Shown here: piece by piece, positions 11,187 to 23,377 of the stretch
Layout: each line of letters starts with the position of its first letter
Position numbering within the stretch: position 1 is the stretch's first letter
Source of the DNA: Hemiscyllium ocellatum
Lineage: Eukaryota
Direction of reading: 5' to 3'
DNA length: 64,000 bases
Assembly: GCF_020745735.1 (NCBI RefSeq)
Contig: NC_083419.1
Coordinates: 25,690,085-25,754,084 of the forward strand
Translations under genes and position numbers: made by a program
Notes under the pieces: model-generated
The model's database searches: none
Seen by the model: only the letters and a program-made list of their open reading frames with translations
Told to the model about the DNA's origin: nothing

Positions 11187-12678
11187 GCCATTAACCCTAG
11201 ATCCATCCCATGGGACATCACTTTAACCCCTTGTTGGGTCGGGAAGGTCTCCTCCCACAAGGCAAATAGGACCAACATTGAACCAACAGGCAAGAAAACC
11301 ACTTCTGTCCCAGATTTAAGCTAACCAGAAAATTAATTATCACTCTCTGTTTGAACAGATTTGTGCTGAAACCTAATAAGATGCAAATAACAAAAAAGCC
11401 ATAAAACCTGAGACATTATTATGGTCAGTAACCCCTTGGCGGGTGCATCTATAAATTTATTTAATGTCCTGCAGCATTGCTGCATCTAATGAAGTTTTAG
11501 TACTATTCATGTCCCACTGGCTGATTTCTGCTTCAGAAAAAGGAAGTGCTAACCGACTTTATGTTGTATTCGGTGTACTTGATTACACAATTCACAATCA
11601 ATAGGGAAAAAACTGCTGCTTAGACACATAGGCTAGTCATTTTAGCGCCATTACCGTTGGGTAGATTTTCCCGTTGCAATTCTGTATCTCTGACCAACAA
11701 CATTTCAATGTTAGGGGGCGGGGGTGGTGTGAAATTAAAGCTTATCAGCATAATCTCCCAGCAGAGTCGTTTTAAATGTCGACATTTGAAATTACATCAA
11801 CAAATGTAATTGCTGGTCGCGTTGGGGCTTTATTCATATAAATCCGAGAACACTGATTTCAAATGGGTGCAATGGTGACCTATTACAGAGCGCTTCTGCA
11901 ATAAAGCACGCCATGAGGTTGTGGCTTTCTCTTTTAAGACCAAATGTGTTTTCCGCAACAGTGTAGCGCTCTTGAAGAGTGCGAGTCAGACCAAACTTGC
12001 CCCACCTTGAGGCACGCTGCTTCTCAGGCTGCAGATTGGGAGCCAGCAGTTTTACTGCTCCCCAGGGTATGCTCATTTCACGGTTGAAGCAAATTCACAC
12101 CGTTACAGATGCGGGCCAGCTGCGCCGACACCAGTCCCCTTGAAGGTGCAAGTCCCTCCTTCACCAAAGTGTCAGGCAAACTCACAGTCCGTGCTCTCGC
12201 AAAGTGGAAACGGCTCAACGAAGCTCTTAAGTGATCGTCGAATTGGCAACGACGGTTAACGAATCCGAACTGTGCTATGAGCGGCAGTAAACCATTTGGC
12301 CGTAATACCATTTCATTTGTCGAATTTTCTGTCAAAATTTCGGAGTTGGTGTATTTTCATTCACACTTGTCTTAGTTTAAACACATCCCGAGCTGTTAGG
12401 ACACACCAGTTTGTTATTTGAAAAACAGCAAAACCTCGTCAAAATACGACACGCTGGCGAGTATTTAAACACATTGAGAGTTGTTTGTTCAAATGGTCCT
12501 TAACCTGCTTTAAAGTTGTTAGCCTCTTTGTGTAATAAGGTTACACTGAATCCTCGGGCAACACTTGCAGCTCCTTTGGGACAAATAGCGGTGGCTTTAA
12601 GGAAGCGCCACTTTACAGCAGCGACTTGGTGTGTTTATTTCCAAGTCCGTTATCAAAACATAGAACATAGAACATAGA

Positions 12679-13490
12679 ACATGGTACAGAATCAAATCAC
12701 ATCTTATCTGGCTTGACACCAATTGTTACAGTTAACCTGAGAATGTAACTTTCAAAAAGTTTGGTGATTTACATATGAAAGAAGTGAAACTACCATGGTC
12801 ATTCTAACAGATCAGAGACTTAACAAACAATCAAGATATTTTTCGATGTGCAATTTCAGTTACATCACACTGTAACATGACCAGGCTTTAGACTCAGAAC
12901 AGCGAGGGTGGAACGCACAACATACAGACCAGGAGGTTGCTGAGGAAGTTGACTCTTACTCTTTGCTGATTGGGGGAACTGAGGCACTGAAATTGTCTCC
13001 GAAAAAAAACTCCCAACAAACGCAATCTTTCAGTGGTACCTGTTAGACAACAAGACCAAACCTCACCAGCCCATTCAGCATTTGAACACCACAATCAAAA
13101 ATACCTCTAGTTTTCTCCTTATAATCGAAACCCACTCTTCGTAATTCACTCCTTCACAAGTTTATGTATTGACACATGGTACAGAATCAAATCACATCTT
13201 ATCTGGCTTGACGCCAATTGTTACAGTTAACCTGAGAATGCAACTTTCAAAAAGTTTGGTGATTTACATATGAAAGAAGTGAAACTACCATGGTCATTCT
13301 AACAGATCAGAGACTTAACAAACAATCAAGATATTTTTCGATGTACAATTTCAGTTACATCACACTGTAAACTTTTGCTATAAATTCTGTGTCTTACAAT
13401 TGTGTACTCCACAACCAACTGATGAAGAGCGGTGCTCCGAAAACTCCATTTAAACCTGTTGGACTATAACCTGGTGTTGTGTGATTTTTA
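12679..13490 (+). mobile_element. PLE family B terminal repeat remnants: 197-bp direct repeat (12679-12875 / 13174-13370), the second copy running into a decayed hammerhead and tail
   Basis: Homologous to 44880-45155. CTGATGAAGAGCGGTGCTCCGAAA near 13419-13442; tail aaacctgttggactataacctggtgttgtgtg. Confidence 0.85.
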
Positions 13491-15724
13491 AATCAAATCA
13501 TTGGCAACGTTTAATGATTGTGCTAACAACTAATGTTCTTTTTGCTCGTCTTAAGAGTCTGATCTCCCACAACCGATGTTGAGTGCGTTAAACCAGTTGC
13601 ACTGTCAAATAAACTTCTCATGCGCCCTGTAAAACCAAGTGTCTCAAAGCTCATTGAATGCTTATGTCTCCCGTTTTTTTGTCCGCATCCCATTTAAATA
13701 ATTTGGACCTGCCCAATCGATTTGAAATTTAAGTGGAAATCTCGCTGATTGTGAGCCAGAAACACAAGGACTGCGCAGTGCGCTCCAACTTCCATGGGGA
13801 GTGCAGCCAGGATTTGCATTACATCTGTTAGAACGTTTGGATACGTGTCTTTGCGACCTTTCCCCGTATCTCGAGAACTAACATTCAGGCCTACATTCAA
13901 TCCGTTTAGTACTTGGCTGGGACTCATTGGAAGGACAGCCGAAGAAGACATTGTGTGATGCTGTTCTAACCGCCTTCCAAGAGAGATCAAAGTAAATTTC
14001 TTCTCCAAGGCTCCCACAAGGGGGAAGATCTCCTACATTTTCCTTCTGAAGGGCAAACCGGGCCAGCCACTTGCCAACTGTACAATGATTATTGCTTTTA
14101 CCGAATTTACATGATCATTAAAGTGTTTACAGAAGGTCACGTGCGCTTTAAGAAAAAAACAGTAGTGTCTAGTGCCAGTAAAATACTGTGCTTATACCAC
14201 GCAATCAACATATGGATCTGAAGTGGGGTTCTCATTGTACAACGCGATACTTGTACAGTGACCAGTGTGATCCAACTGCACAGCACTGATCCTTCCGGAC
14301 TGCCGTGCATATTCGGAATGTTATCTGACTAGTGAGGAAACTCAATACGCCGCAAGGTTGCGTGGATCCGGCAATCTTACGACTCACGGTGGGCTCTCAC
14401 TCCAGAATGTCCTTTTTAAAAAAAGACATCCAACATCACATCTCGCCAACAGAAGTTGAAAATTGATGAGTGAACTAACTTCTGTTTGTCACTAAAGTCT
14501 CCCACAAAGAATTACAGTGTTCGGAATCAGAGCATTGCACCTTCTCAGCTTGGACTCTGAAAACAAGGCACATGGTTTAGCAGCAGTTTGCAGACTTTTG
14601 CTGTCTACGCATCAGTCTGCCATCAAAGCTTGTCTAAACATTTTATCTGAGATTTTCATCTCGAATTATTTTGTTTGTTATTGCCACTAGTTAATTAATT
14701 TTCTAATCAGGAGCGTTGGAAGTTTGGTCGTTTTATGAAATAATCGTGACTAAGCCGTGTTTAAAATACAAATAAATACTCCCTTTTCGGGTTAAGCATT
14801 AGTGATTAGATTCTGAAAACGAAACCTTGGCTCTGTCTTTAAACACTGTGGACAGCAGATATGATCTCCAACTCGAATCACTTTTATTAGTTTTTCAGCA
14901 GAGAATTTTGCAACCAAATCCCTCTGGACAAAACATAGATTGAATCCCCATCTCTGATCTTGTGTACACCAGGACTTGCCTTTTGCATCTATCAAATGTG
15001 TTTTCTTTGGATGTAAAGTCAGATACTAATCGTCATAATTAATACCAAACAACCTTTTCAAGAGATTTTTAAAATGAAGCCGGGTTAAAGTTACCAGAGT
15101 TTGTTTCTAAAGAGATAATTTTTGTCCAATAGTAATGAATGTTTGTAGCAATTATTAGCAGGTGTTATAAGTCTTACCCAATAATAGTGCTGACGACACT
15201 GCAGTTGTAAACTGGAATTACAATGGTATTTTAAAGAGACATTGTGCTATAGTGGACAACGGATAATGGCCTTTAAACCGTTAAACAACTAAGAAACAAG
15301 CACTGGCCTTTTTCAAATAAAGTTTGAATAGTTCACAATGGCAAGTAAATATCAAACTTTGGTGATTAATTTCCCACGTCAAGTTATACTGGAATATTTA
15401 TCTTCCCCAAATCCCTGCAACCTGAAGTTACCATTTATTGATTAAAGAAGACAAATGCATTTTTAAATCTTTTCAAAAGCAGCTTTGCTTGACCGTTCTT
15501 GAAAGCATGGTTAGTACTGTAATTAATACATTCCCCACTTTACAATTTTAACTGTTTACTGAGAGACGACCAAACCTTAGCAATCATTTGCTGTGAGAAT
15601 ATTCGGAGAGATTGCAAAGCACTTTCTCTATTCTGCATGTTCACCTGCCCTTTGTAAATGTATGGGATTTTCCTGAACTGGAAATTAATTCAGGAATGTT
15701 GAAGTACCGATTGTCTTAACAATG

Positions 15725-17025
15725 GATGCCCCACCTCCGTACTCGTGGGTTCGAGTGGCAGCGAGCGTGACCAGGGTTGGGGACGTGCTGGGTGCCTGAG
15801 GCCTGGGCTGGACGCTGCTGCAGGACATAGTGAGCAGGACAGCGGTAGACGTCACCGCCATCCGACGGCGGTGCTCGACCCGACGTAGTGTACCAGTTGG
15901 AGGATGCTCAGGTGTGCGGTGGGATCCCATCCGCGCTCACCCCTGCCCGGACAGAATTTCACATTGGCCCCAAGGTCCTGTACTTCCCGCGGGAGCCTGT
16001 GCCCCATGACCTGCCTCCAGAATTTTAATTTTGTCCCTTTTAAGGACGTAAAAATGTGGGCCATGTATAGACTACTGCTGCTCACAGCCCACCTCTTCTC
16101 CCTCATCCACCGCCTGGACATGCCTTGGCGTGCCCATTTGCCACTGAGCAGTGGGGATCCCCAGTGGAGGGCTCTCTATGCGGGAGTCCTCCCCCTTTCT
16201 CTTAGGGATCTGGGGTGGAGGGTGCTGCATGCAGCAGTCCCCTGCAACCGCAGACTGTGGTGGTTCATGGACTCCTGGCCCAACTGCTTGTTCTGTGGTG
16301 CTGTGGAGTCCATGGACCATGTGTATATAGGGAGTGGGTGTTTGCACTCTCTTTTTGATTTTCTTAAAAATCTCCTCCTCTGCTTTTGGTTGCACTTCAG
16401 TCCCACGCTCCTGATCTTCAGGCATCCTGTACGGAGGAGGGAGGGCAGGTCTGAATACCTCCTCGTGGGTCTGCTCCTGGGCGTGGCCAAACTGGTTATA
16501 AACAGGTCCAGGCAGCGGGCCGTGGAGGGGGTCGTTAGGGCCAACTGCCTGCCCCTCTTCTGCGGTTACGTTAGAGCTCTGGTGTCTCTAGAAAAGGAGC
16601 ACGCGGTGTCCACTGACACCATGGGAGTTGTTCAGAGAGAGGTGGGTGCCGCAGGGAGTGGAGTGCACTTCCCCCTCCAACTCTATTTTGATTTAATCCC
16701 TGCCCTCCACCTTCACTGTTTGATCACGCAGCATTTGCCCTTTGATGTGAAGAGCACTGCTTGTCACTGGCCACTTGGGTGTTTCCTTTCTTCTTGGTGG
16801 TGGAAATTTGAATAAAGATTCGTGCACCTTGTATCTTTCACTGTATCTCACACCTGCACACTCAACATGGGTGCTGGGGAAAAAAATAAACACTACCGTA
16901 GTTAGGTGGTAGAGTGGGGGTAAAAAAAAGAAAAAAGAAACAGGAGTGTTAGAAGTAAAAGAAACAGGAGATTAAAATAAGCACCACTGCAGTTAAGCGG
17001 AAGTGTGGGGGGTAATAAAAAAAAT
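15725..17025 (+). mobile_element. L1/Tx1-clade LINE, 5'-truncated 3' end (ORF2 C-terminal zinc knuckle)
   Basis: ORF 15904-16815 has W..LY, DLGWRVLH, CLFCGAVESMDHVY and LLLGVAK..I..SR; AATAAA at 16811 and A-rich tails. Confidence 0.85.
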
Positions 17026-17264
17026 TCTGTGAACTCATTAATTATTCCTGAAAAATCGTGATTACAACTTTTTTTAAAAATTCCATACTTCAACAGTGGA
17101 TTTAATCCATCCTGGTCAAAAAGAATCTTACAGCACAGAAGGTGTCATTCAGACCATCTTACCTCTGCAGGCTCTTGTAGGAGCCATTCGCACTCTGTCA
17201 CATTTCCATACAATCCAACAAATGATTCTTTTTAAAGTATGAATATAATCCCATTTAAGAACTC

Positions 17265-18470
17265 AATGTGTAAAATTAAAGCTTATGGGATTTGGTGTTG
17301 TGTGTTACGATGAATAATAAATTGGTCAGCAGACAGGAAACAAACAGTAGCAATAAACGGGTCTTCTGCTGAATGACAGGCAGTGGCTAGTGGGGTTCTG
17401 CAGGGATCAGTACTAGGACTACAGCTATTCACAAAATATGTTACTGATTTAGGTGACAGAATGGCATGTAATATCTCAAAATATGTAGGTGTGAAAGGGT
17501 GAGCTGTGAGGAGAATGCAGAGATGTTGCAGTCTGATTTGGACATGCTGTGTAAGTGGGCAAATGATGGCAGATGCAGTAAACTATGGATAAATGTGAGG
17601 TTATCCACTTTGGTAGCAAAATTAAGAAGGCAGATTATTATTTGAATGGTGAGAAATTGAGAGAGGGGAATATTTAATAAGATCTGAGTGTCATTGTGCA
17701 GCAGTCACTGAAATTATGTACGCAGGTGCAGCAAGCAGCAAAGAAATCAAACAACAGAGCGGGAGGATTTGAGGAAAGGAAGAAGGATGTCTTCGTGCCA
17801 TTTTACTGGGCACCTGGAATATTGTCTTGGTCTTCTGATCTGAGGAAGGACTTTCTTGCTATAGAGGAAGTGCAATGAAAATTTACCATATTGATTCTTG
17901 GGATGGCAGGACTGATATATGAGGAGAGATTGAATTCGTTAGGAGTGTATTTACTAGAAATTAGGAGAATAACAATGGGGGGAGCTCACAGAAATGTATA
18001 ACATTCTAACTGGACTAGACAGGTTACACGCAGGAAGGATATTTTTGATCGTGGGGCAGTTCAGAACCAGGGCCATAACTTTAGGATAAGCAGTAAACTT
18101 ATTAGGACTGAGATGAGGCAAAATCTAATCTTCCCCTACCTGATGAAGGAGCAGTGCTCTGAAAGCTAGTGCTTCCAATTAAACCTATTGGACTATAACC
18201 TGGTGTTGTGTGATTTTTAACATTCCTTCTCCCAGAGAGTGATGAGCCTGTGAAATCCACTGCCGTAGAAAGTGATTGATGCCAAAACATTCTGTGTCTT
18301 CAAGAAGGAATAGATAAAGGGAGTAGCTAAAGGGATCAAGGGTTGGGGAGGGGGAGGTGTATGCGAGGTTGGGATTAGGGTATTGAGTTCAATGATCAGA
18401 TGTGATCATATTGAATGGTGGAGCAGGCTCAAGGGGGTTACATGGTTTACTTCTTTTTATACCTTCTATG
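17265..18470 (+). mobile_element. CR1 LINE RT to 3' end, decayed
   Basis: SGVLQGSVLG, WQMQ, KCEVIHFG and similar remnants; interrupted by the family B mini-element at 18135. Confidence 0.85.
18135..18223 (+). mobile_element. PLE family B mini-element with an intact hammerhead motif (18137-18171)
   Basis: UAC-CUGAUGA-A-GGAGC(AGU)GCUCU-GAAAGCUA-GUG, followed by the family B tail. Confidence 0.82.
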
Positions 18471-19237
18471 TTTTCTTCATCTCTAATTCCAGTTTGAAAG
18501 ATACCATTAAATCTGTTCCCACTGTCCTTCCAGTCTAAGTATTCCTGATTATAACAACTCATGAACAATATTCTTACAATTCTTTCTGCCAATTACATCA
18601 AATTTGAACTTCGGACTGACCAACCCTTCTGCTAGTAAAAACGTTTACTTTATCAAATCTCATCATGATTTCAATCAAAGTTTCAGTTTACCTTCTCTGC
18701 TTTAGGGCAATGATTCCAATGCTCATTGGGATAAAAATATCAAATTGAATTGCTATGATACTTTTAATGGAGTAAACCAACCAAACATACTTTGCAGGTG
18801 GGTTATAAGGCATAATTTGACACTGAAAATTGCATAGATATGTCAGTGAGTATATTTAATATAGAGATAAGTAAGTTATTGATCAACAAGGGGATCAAAG
18901 GTTATGGGGAGAAAGCAAGATAATGGGGTAGAAAAATCTATCAGTCATGATTGAATGAGCAGACTCGATGAGCCAAATAGCCTAATTTCTGCTCCAATGC
19001 CTTATGGTCTTACGATGGTGTTATGGACCAGATTAAACCCATTCAAAATAAAGAAAGAGATAGGTTAATTTTTTATTTTACTTAAAGGCAAATGTAAGGC
19101 ACTGTGTTCAAGATTGATTGATTCTTGATTGGTCCACTACTAGGCTTTAAACAAAACATACTTTATTCTAACAACATAGTTAAAATAGAAACAGAAAAAA
19201 AAATTGACATAACTTTAACTCTATTGAAATATTTAAT

Positions 19238-19585
19238 AAAATGAGAGGAATAGATAGAGTCAATAGCCAGAGAGTTTTCCCCAGGGCAGGATTGACTGGT
19301 ACGAGAAGTCATAGTTTGAAGATATTAGGAGGAAGGTATAAAGGAGACATCAGGGGTAGGTTCTTTAAGCAGAGAGTTGTGAATGCATGGAATGCTTGCC
19401 AATTGAGGTGGTGGAAGCGAAGTCATTGGGGACATTTAAGCGACTGCTGGACATGCACATGGAAAGCAATGAGTTGAGGGGTGTGTAGGTTAAATTACTA
19501 TATTTTACATTAGGATTAAGTCTAAGCTCAACATTGTGGGCCTAAGGGCCTGTTCTGTGCTGTATTTTTCTATGTTCTATGTTCT
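19238..19585 (+). mobile_element. CR1 LINE 3' end (young)
   Basis: MRGIDRVNSQRVFP...FFKQRVVNAWN; (TTCTATG)n tail. Confidence 0.88.
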
Positions 19586-19623
19586 AAATAATATTTCATT
19601 TAACTAATATTTCATTTAACACC

Positions 19624-19941
19624 GTGGGCGGCACGGTGGCACAGTGGTTAGCACTGCTGCCTCACAGCGCCAGAGACCCGGGTTCAATTCCCGACTCAGG
19701 CGACTGACTGTGTGGAGTTTGCACGTTCTTCCCGTGTCTGTGTGGGTTTCCTCCGGGTGCTCCGGTTTCCTCCCACAGTCACAAAGATGTGCGGGTCAGG
19801 TGAATTGGCCATGCTAAATTGCCCCTAGTGTTAGGTAAGGGGTAAATGTAGGGGTATGGGTGGGTTGCGCTTCGGCGGGTCGGTGTGGACTTGTTGGGCC
19901 GAAGGGCCTGTTTCCACACTGTAAGTAATCTAATCTAATCT
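19624..19941 (+). mobile_element. Full-length HE1-type V-SINE
   Basis: A box TGGCACAGTGG, B box GGTTCAATTCC, V-domain gtggagtttgcacgttct..gggtttcctccgggtgctccggtttcctcccacag, CR1-like tail and (TAATC)n. Confidence 0.93.
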
Positions 19942-20356
19942 ACTAATCATCAACTATTCTAATATAGCAGCACCTCATAAACACCCTTGGCAAAGACAAA
20001 TTCAGCAAAACAGGTTTTCCTCACTTGCGATGTCCTCCAGTCCATGAGAAAACACCAAAAGAAACAATCTAACAGCAGAGAGAGAACTCAAGCTTTTTGC
20101 TGTAGCAGAGAGAGAGCTGTATCTATCAGCTTCAACAGCCAAAAATCCCAAATTAAAGCAAAATTAAAACATTGGGTCCATGTTAGGCTGACTCCACCCA
20201 CTCATGCTTCTTTTGTCTAATTTTTAAAAAATATCTCTGGGAGCTCAAATCTGTTTACCCTTCTGAAGCAGACATTCCCTACCACTGGCAACACCTCTCT
20301 GCAAGAGTAACACCACAGAACACATCCCTCTTCAGGGTGCAGAATCGTCACAATGG

Positions 20357-21600
20357 TCCAAAGTTTAAACAAAAAGGTTGACTTTAATGCGAATGGGTGA
20401 AAGAGAGGGAAAGCAATCCAGAACTTAGCATCTTGACAGCTAATGGAGTAGTTCAAACTGGGATATTCAAGAGACAAGAATCAGAGGACCTCAGATGTTA
20501 GACAATATCGTTGAGCTTTGTGCAGCAGAGACTAAAGAGGTGAGGAAACCTAAAGCTGGAATAGAAAACCCTGCTGACAATTTTAACCTTGCAGCGTTGC
20601 TAAAACTAAGACAAAGTAGGCCAACACACAGGAATCATGGGTGAGCAAGACATTAGCAGTGGTGTTTCAGATTACCTTAATTTTAGACAGCATAGAACAT
20701 AGATTGATCAAGACCGCATTAGGATAGTGAAGTCTATAGGTAACCAAGGCATGAATGAGCAGTAGGTCATCAGTAGATTTACTCAAACTGGGGTAACATC
20801 AGGGGACGCTGTGGAAGTGGAAATAAAGAGTTTTAGTGATGGCATTGATATGTTTGTTGGAAGCCTGTCTAGGAGTCAAATATAAACAAATATGTGAACA
20901 TTATGAACAAGAAACTAGTGCAAGAGTGTGTTCAGGAACAGAAAGCAATAGTTGGGTTTCCCAGTATTAATTTGGAAAAAATATTTGCTGAAACAGCACT
21001 GGATGTTGAACAGCAGTGTGGCAATTGGGAAACAGTGGAGGAGTCTAGAGAGCTGCTGGTGAGGTGGAGTTCAGTGTCATTAATGCATAATCAGAAAGAA
21101 GCATTGATTTTATCACAGAATAGCATGTTGATAAGAAACAAGGAGTAGGCAATGAGATTCCTGATGGGCTACCAAAGTATGGTATGGGAGTGAGAATGAA
21201 AGCTATTGAAAATGATTCTCCAGCTATGATTAGATAGATCATAATGGAGCCATGCAAGTGCAGTCTCAATTGGACAACAAAATAGGAAGGCAATAGAGAG
21301 AACAACGTGATCAATTATGCCAAATTCTGTACACAGGCAAAGAAAGATTAAATTGGTTCACCTTTGTCACAGTCACATGAAATGTTACTTGTGGTTTTGT
21401 TTTGAGCTGTTTTGATATTCTGGCACGGGCAACAGCCTGACTGGATGAGTTTCTACATGGAATTCTTTGAATAATCAGTACAAATTTGGGAGCTGACAAC
21501 ACATTTAAGTACTTTGGAGAGGAGAAAAATGTTTGTGTTGGCATGATAAAGTCATTTTCAAGTCTGAGGAAGCCAAGGATGTTTAAAATTATTTCTTGGG
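20357..21600 (-). mobile_element. Old L2-like LINE remnant (probably continues at about 23400-24750)
   Basis: Purine-rich decayed repeat similar to 6230-7085; no clean ORF. Confidence 0.4.
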
Positions 21601-22059
21601 ATCTGAGCATTACCATCAAGGCCAGCATTTACACCCCATACCTAAAAGCTCTTCAGATGGTGTTAGTGAGTCACTTATTCGAACTGCTATGGACAATGTG
21701 GCGGAAGTGCAACTGCATTGCAGTTGGGAAGGGAGTTCCAATGTTTTGACCCAGTGATAGTGACGGAGAAGGAATATAGTTCTAAATCAATGTGATGAAT
21801 GACTTGGATTGGAAATTTCAAGTGGTGGTGTTCCCAAGAATCTGCTGGGTTTTTTTCTTCTAGGTAGTTTGTGTGTTACAGTGGTGCTGTTGAAAGAGCT
21901 AGAGTTAGGGAGAATTATTGCAGTGTATCTTGTAGGTGGAAAACACTGCTGCCACAGTGCATTGTGCTAAATGTTTAAAGTGTTTAAGATAAGGACTGAT
22001 TGTGAATCAAGTCTGATGTTTTTTCCTCCATGATATGGAGAATCCTGACAGTTGTCAGA

Positions 22060-22860
22060 ACATTGGAATAGATGGGGCCATTCAACCTGTTGAACCTGCT
22101 CTGTAGTATTATCATAGATGGTTGAACTTGTCAAATCCTCTTACTCTTCCCATCCCCATAACCCTCTACATTGATCAATGCCTATGGTGAGAAAGTAGAG
22201 TTAATTTTTTTGAATCCAGTGACCCTTCTGCAGAACTGGTTACTGGACTCAAAACATTAACTCTGCATTTTCTTTACAAATGTTGTGAGACCTTGATTTT
22301 CCTCAGCAATTTCTATTATTGTTTCCAATTTACAATTCCTTGTCTTATTTTAGAAATCCATCCATCACTACATTAAACATGGACAAAAACTGAGTTTTTA
22401 CAGCCTTTGCAGTAGAGAATTCCAAAGGTTCACAAAATGTTGTGTAAATAAAATTCTCCTCACTTTGAACCTTGTGCTATCCCCATAATTTTTGAAATGT
22501 GTGTCCTGGGTCTAGACTCTCCAGTCAAGGGAAACAATTTACCTGCATCTGCTCTGCCTATTCCTTTAATTTAGAAGGTCTCATTCTTTGATACTTTCGA
22601 GAATACAGGCCCAGTTCTCCCAGTCTCTGTCCATAGGTTAGTCTTGCTATCCCAGGAACAAGTCTGGTGAACTTTTATTGAACTGTCTCCATGGCAATAC
22701 TATCTTTTTTGAGATAAGAAAACCAAAGCAGAACAAGCACTCCAGAACCACATTCCTATATAAGTGAAGCAAGACTTCACTACTCCTGTACCTGAATCAT
22801 CCCACAATAAAAGACTAGCATTCCATTCACTTTCCTGATAGCTTGCTCCATCTGCTGTTG
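22060..22860 (-). mobile_element. Old CR1 3' fragment containing a palindromic PLE-derived insert (about 22185-22350)
   Basis: Decayed CR1 C-terminal region similar to the other copies. Confidence 0.6.
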
Positions 22861-23195
22861 GAGCTCCACTCACCTGTGGAGCAGATTCTCTGATACTGCT
22901 GAGTTGTGTCTTTCAGTTAGAGGTCAACCTGTTTGGAATCAAGAGTTGTGTTGCTCACGATGGAACTTCCAGTCCCTGACTTACTCTTGTAACCACTGTA
23001 TTTACAAGGCGGCTTTATTTAATTTCACAATCAGTGGGAAGCCAGGGCATCAGCTATGATAATCACATTGAATACGAATGGGCTCTGGTTAGATTCTCTT
23101 TTTGGAGATGATTGAGGTTTGGCATTTGTGTGGTACAATGTGTTTTATTGTGGAGAAGGCAATGGCAGCAAACTTAAAGGGACAATAAGTAAATG

Positions 23196-23377
23196 GAGAA
23201 AGTGAGGACTGCAGATGCTGGAGATCAGAGTTGAGGTGTAGTGCTGGAAAAACATGCATGTCAGGCAGCATTTGAGGAGCAGGAATTCTGATGAAGGGCT
23301 TATGCCCAAAAAGTCAACTCTTCTGTTCCTGAGAGGCTGCCTGACCTGCTGTGCTTTTCCAGCACTGCACTTTTGAT
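23196..23377. mobile_element. Head-to-head PLE family A mini-element with 10-bp TSD TAAGTAAATG
   Basis: TSD at 23186-23195 and 23378-23387; inverted arms around a CpG-decayed hammerhead. Confidence 0.85.

Larger units (their letters stand above)
19019..20352. mobile_element. Solo LTR-like element (TG...CA) with 4-bp TSD ATGG, hosting nested CR1 and SINE insertions
   Basis: ATGG|TGTTATGG at 19015-19026 and CGTCACA|ATGG at 20346-20356. Confidence 0.55.

Noticed and set aside
15904-16815. 303-aa ORF as a host gene
   Set aside because: It is the C-terminus of a Tx1 LINE ORF2, with further copies at 59903-61210.
19624-19700. tRNA gene
   Set aside because: The A/B boxes belong to the tRNA-derived head of an HE1 SINE.
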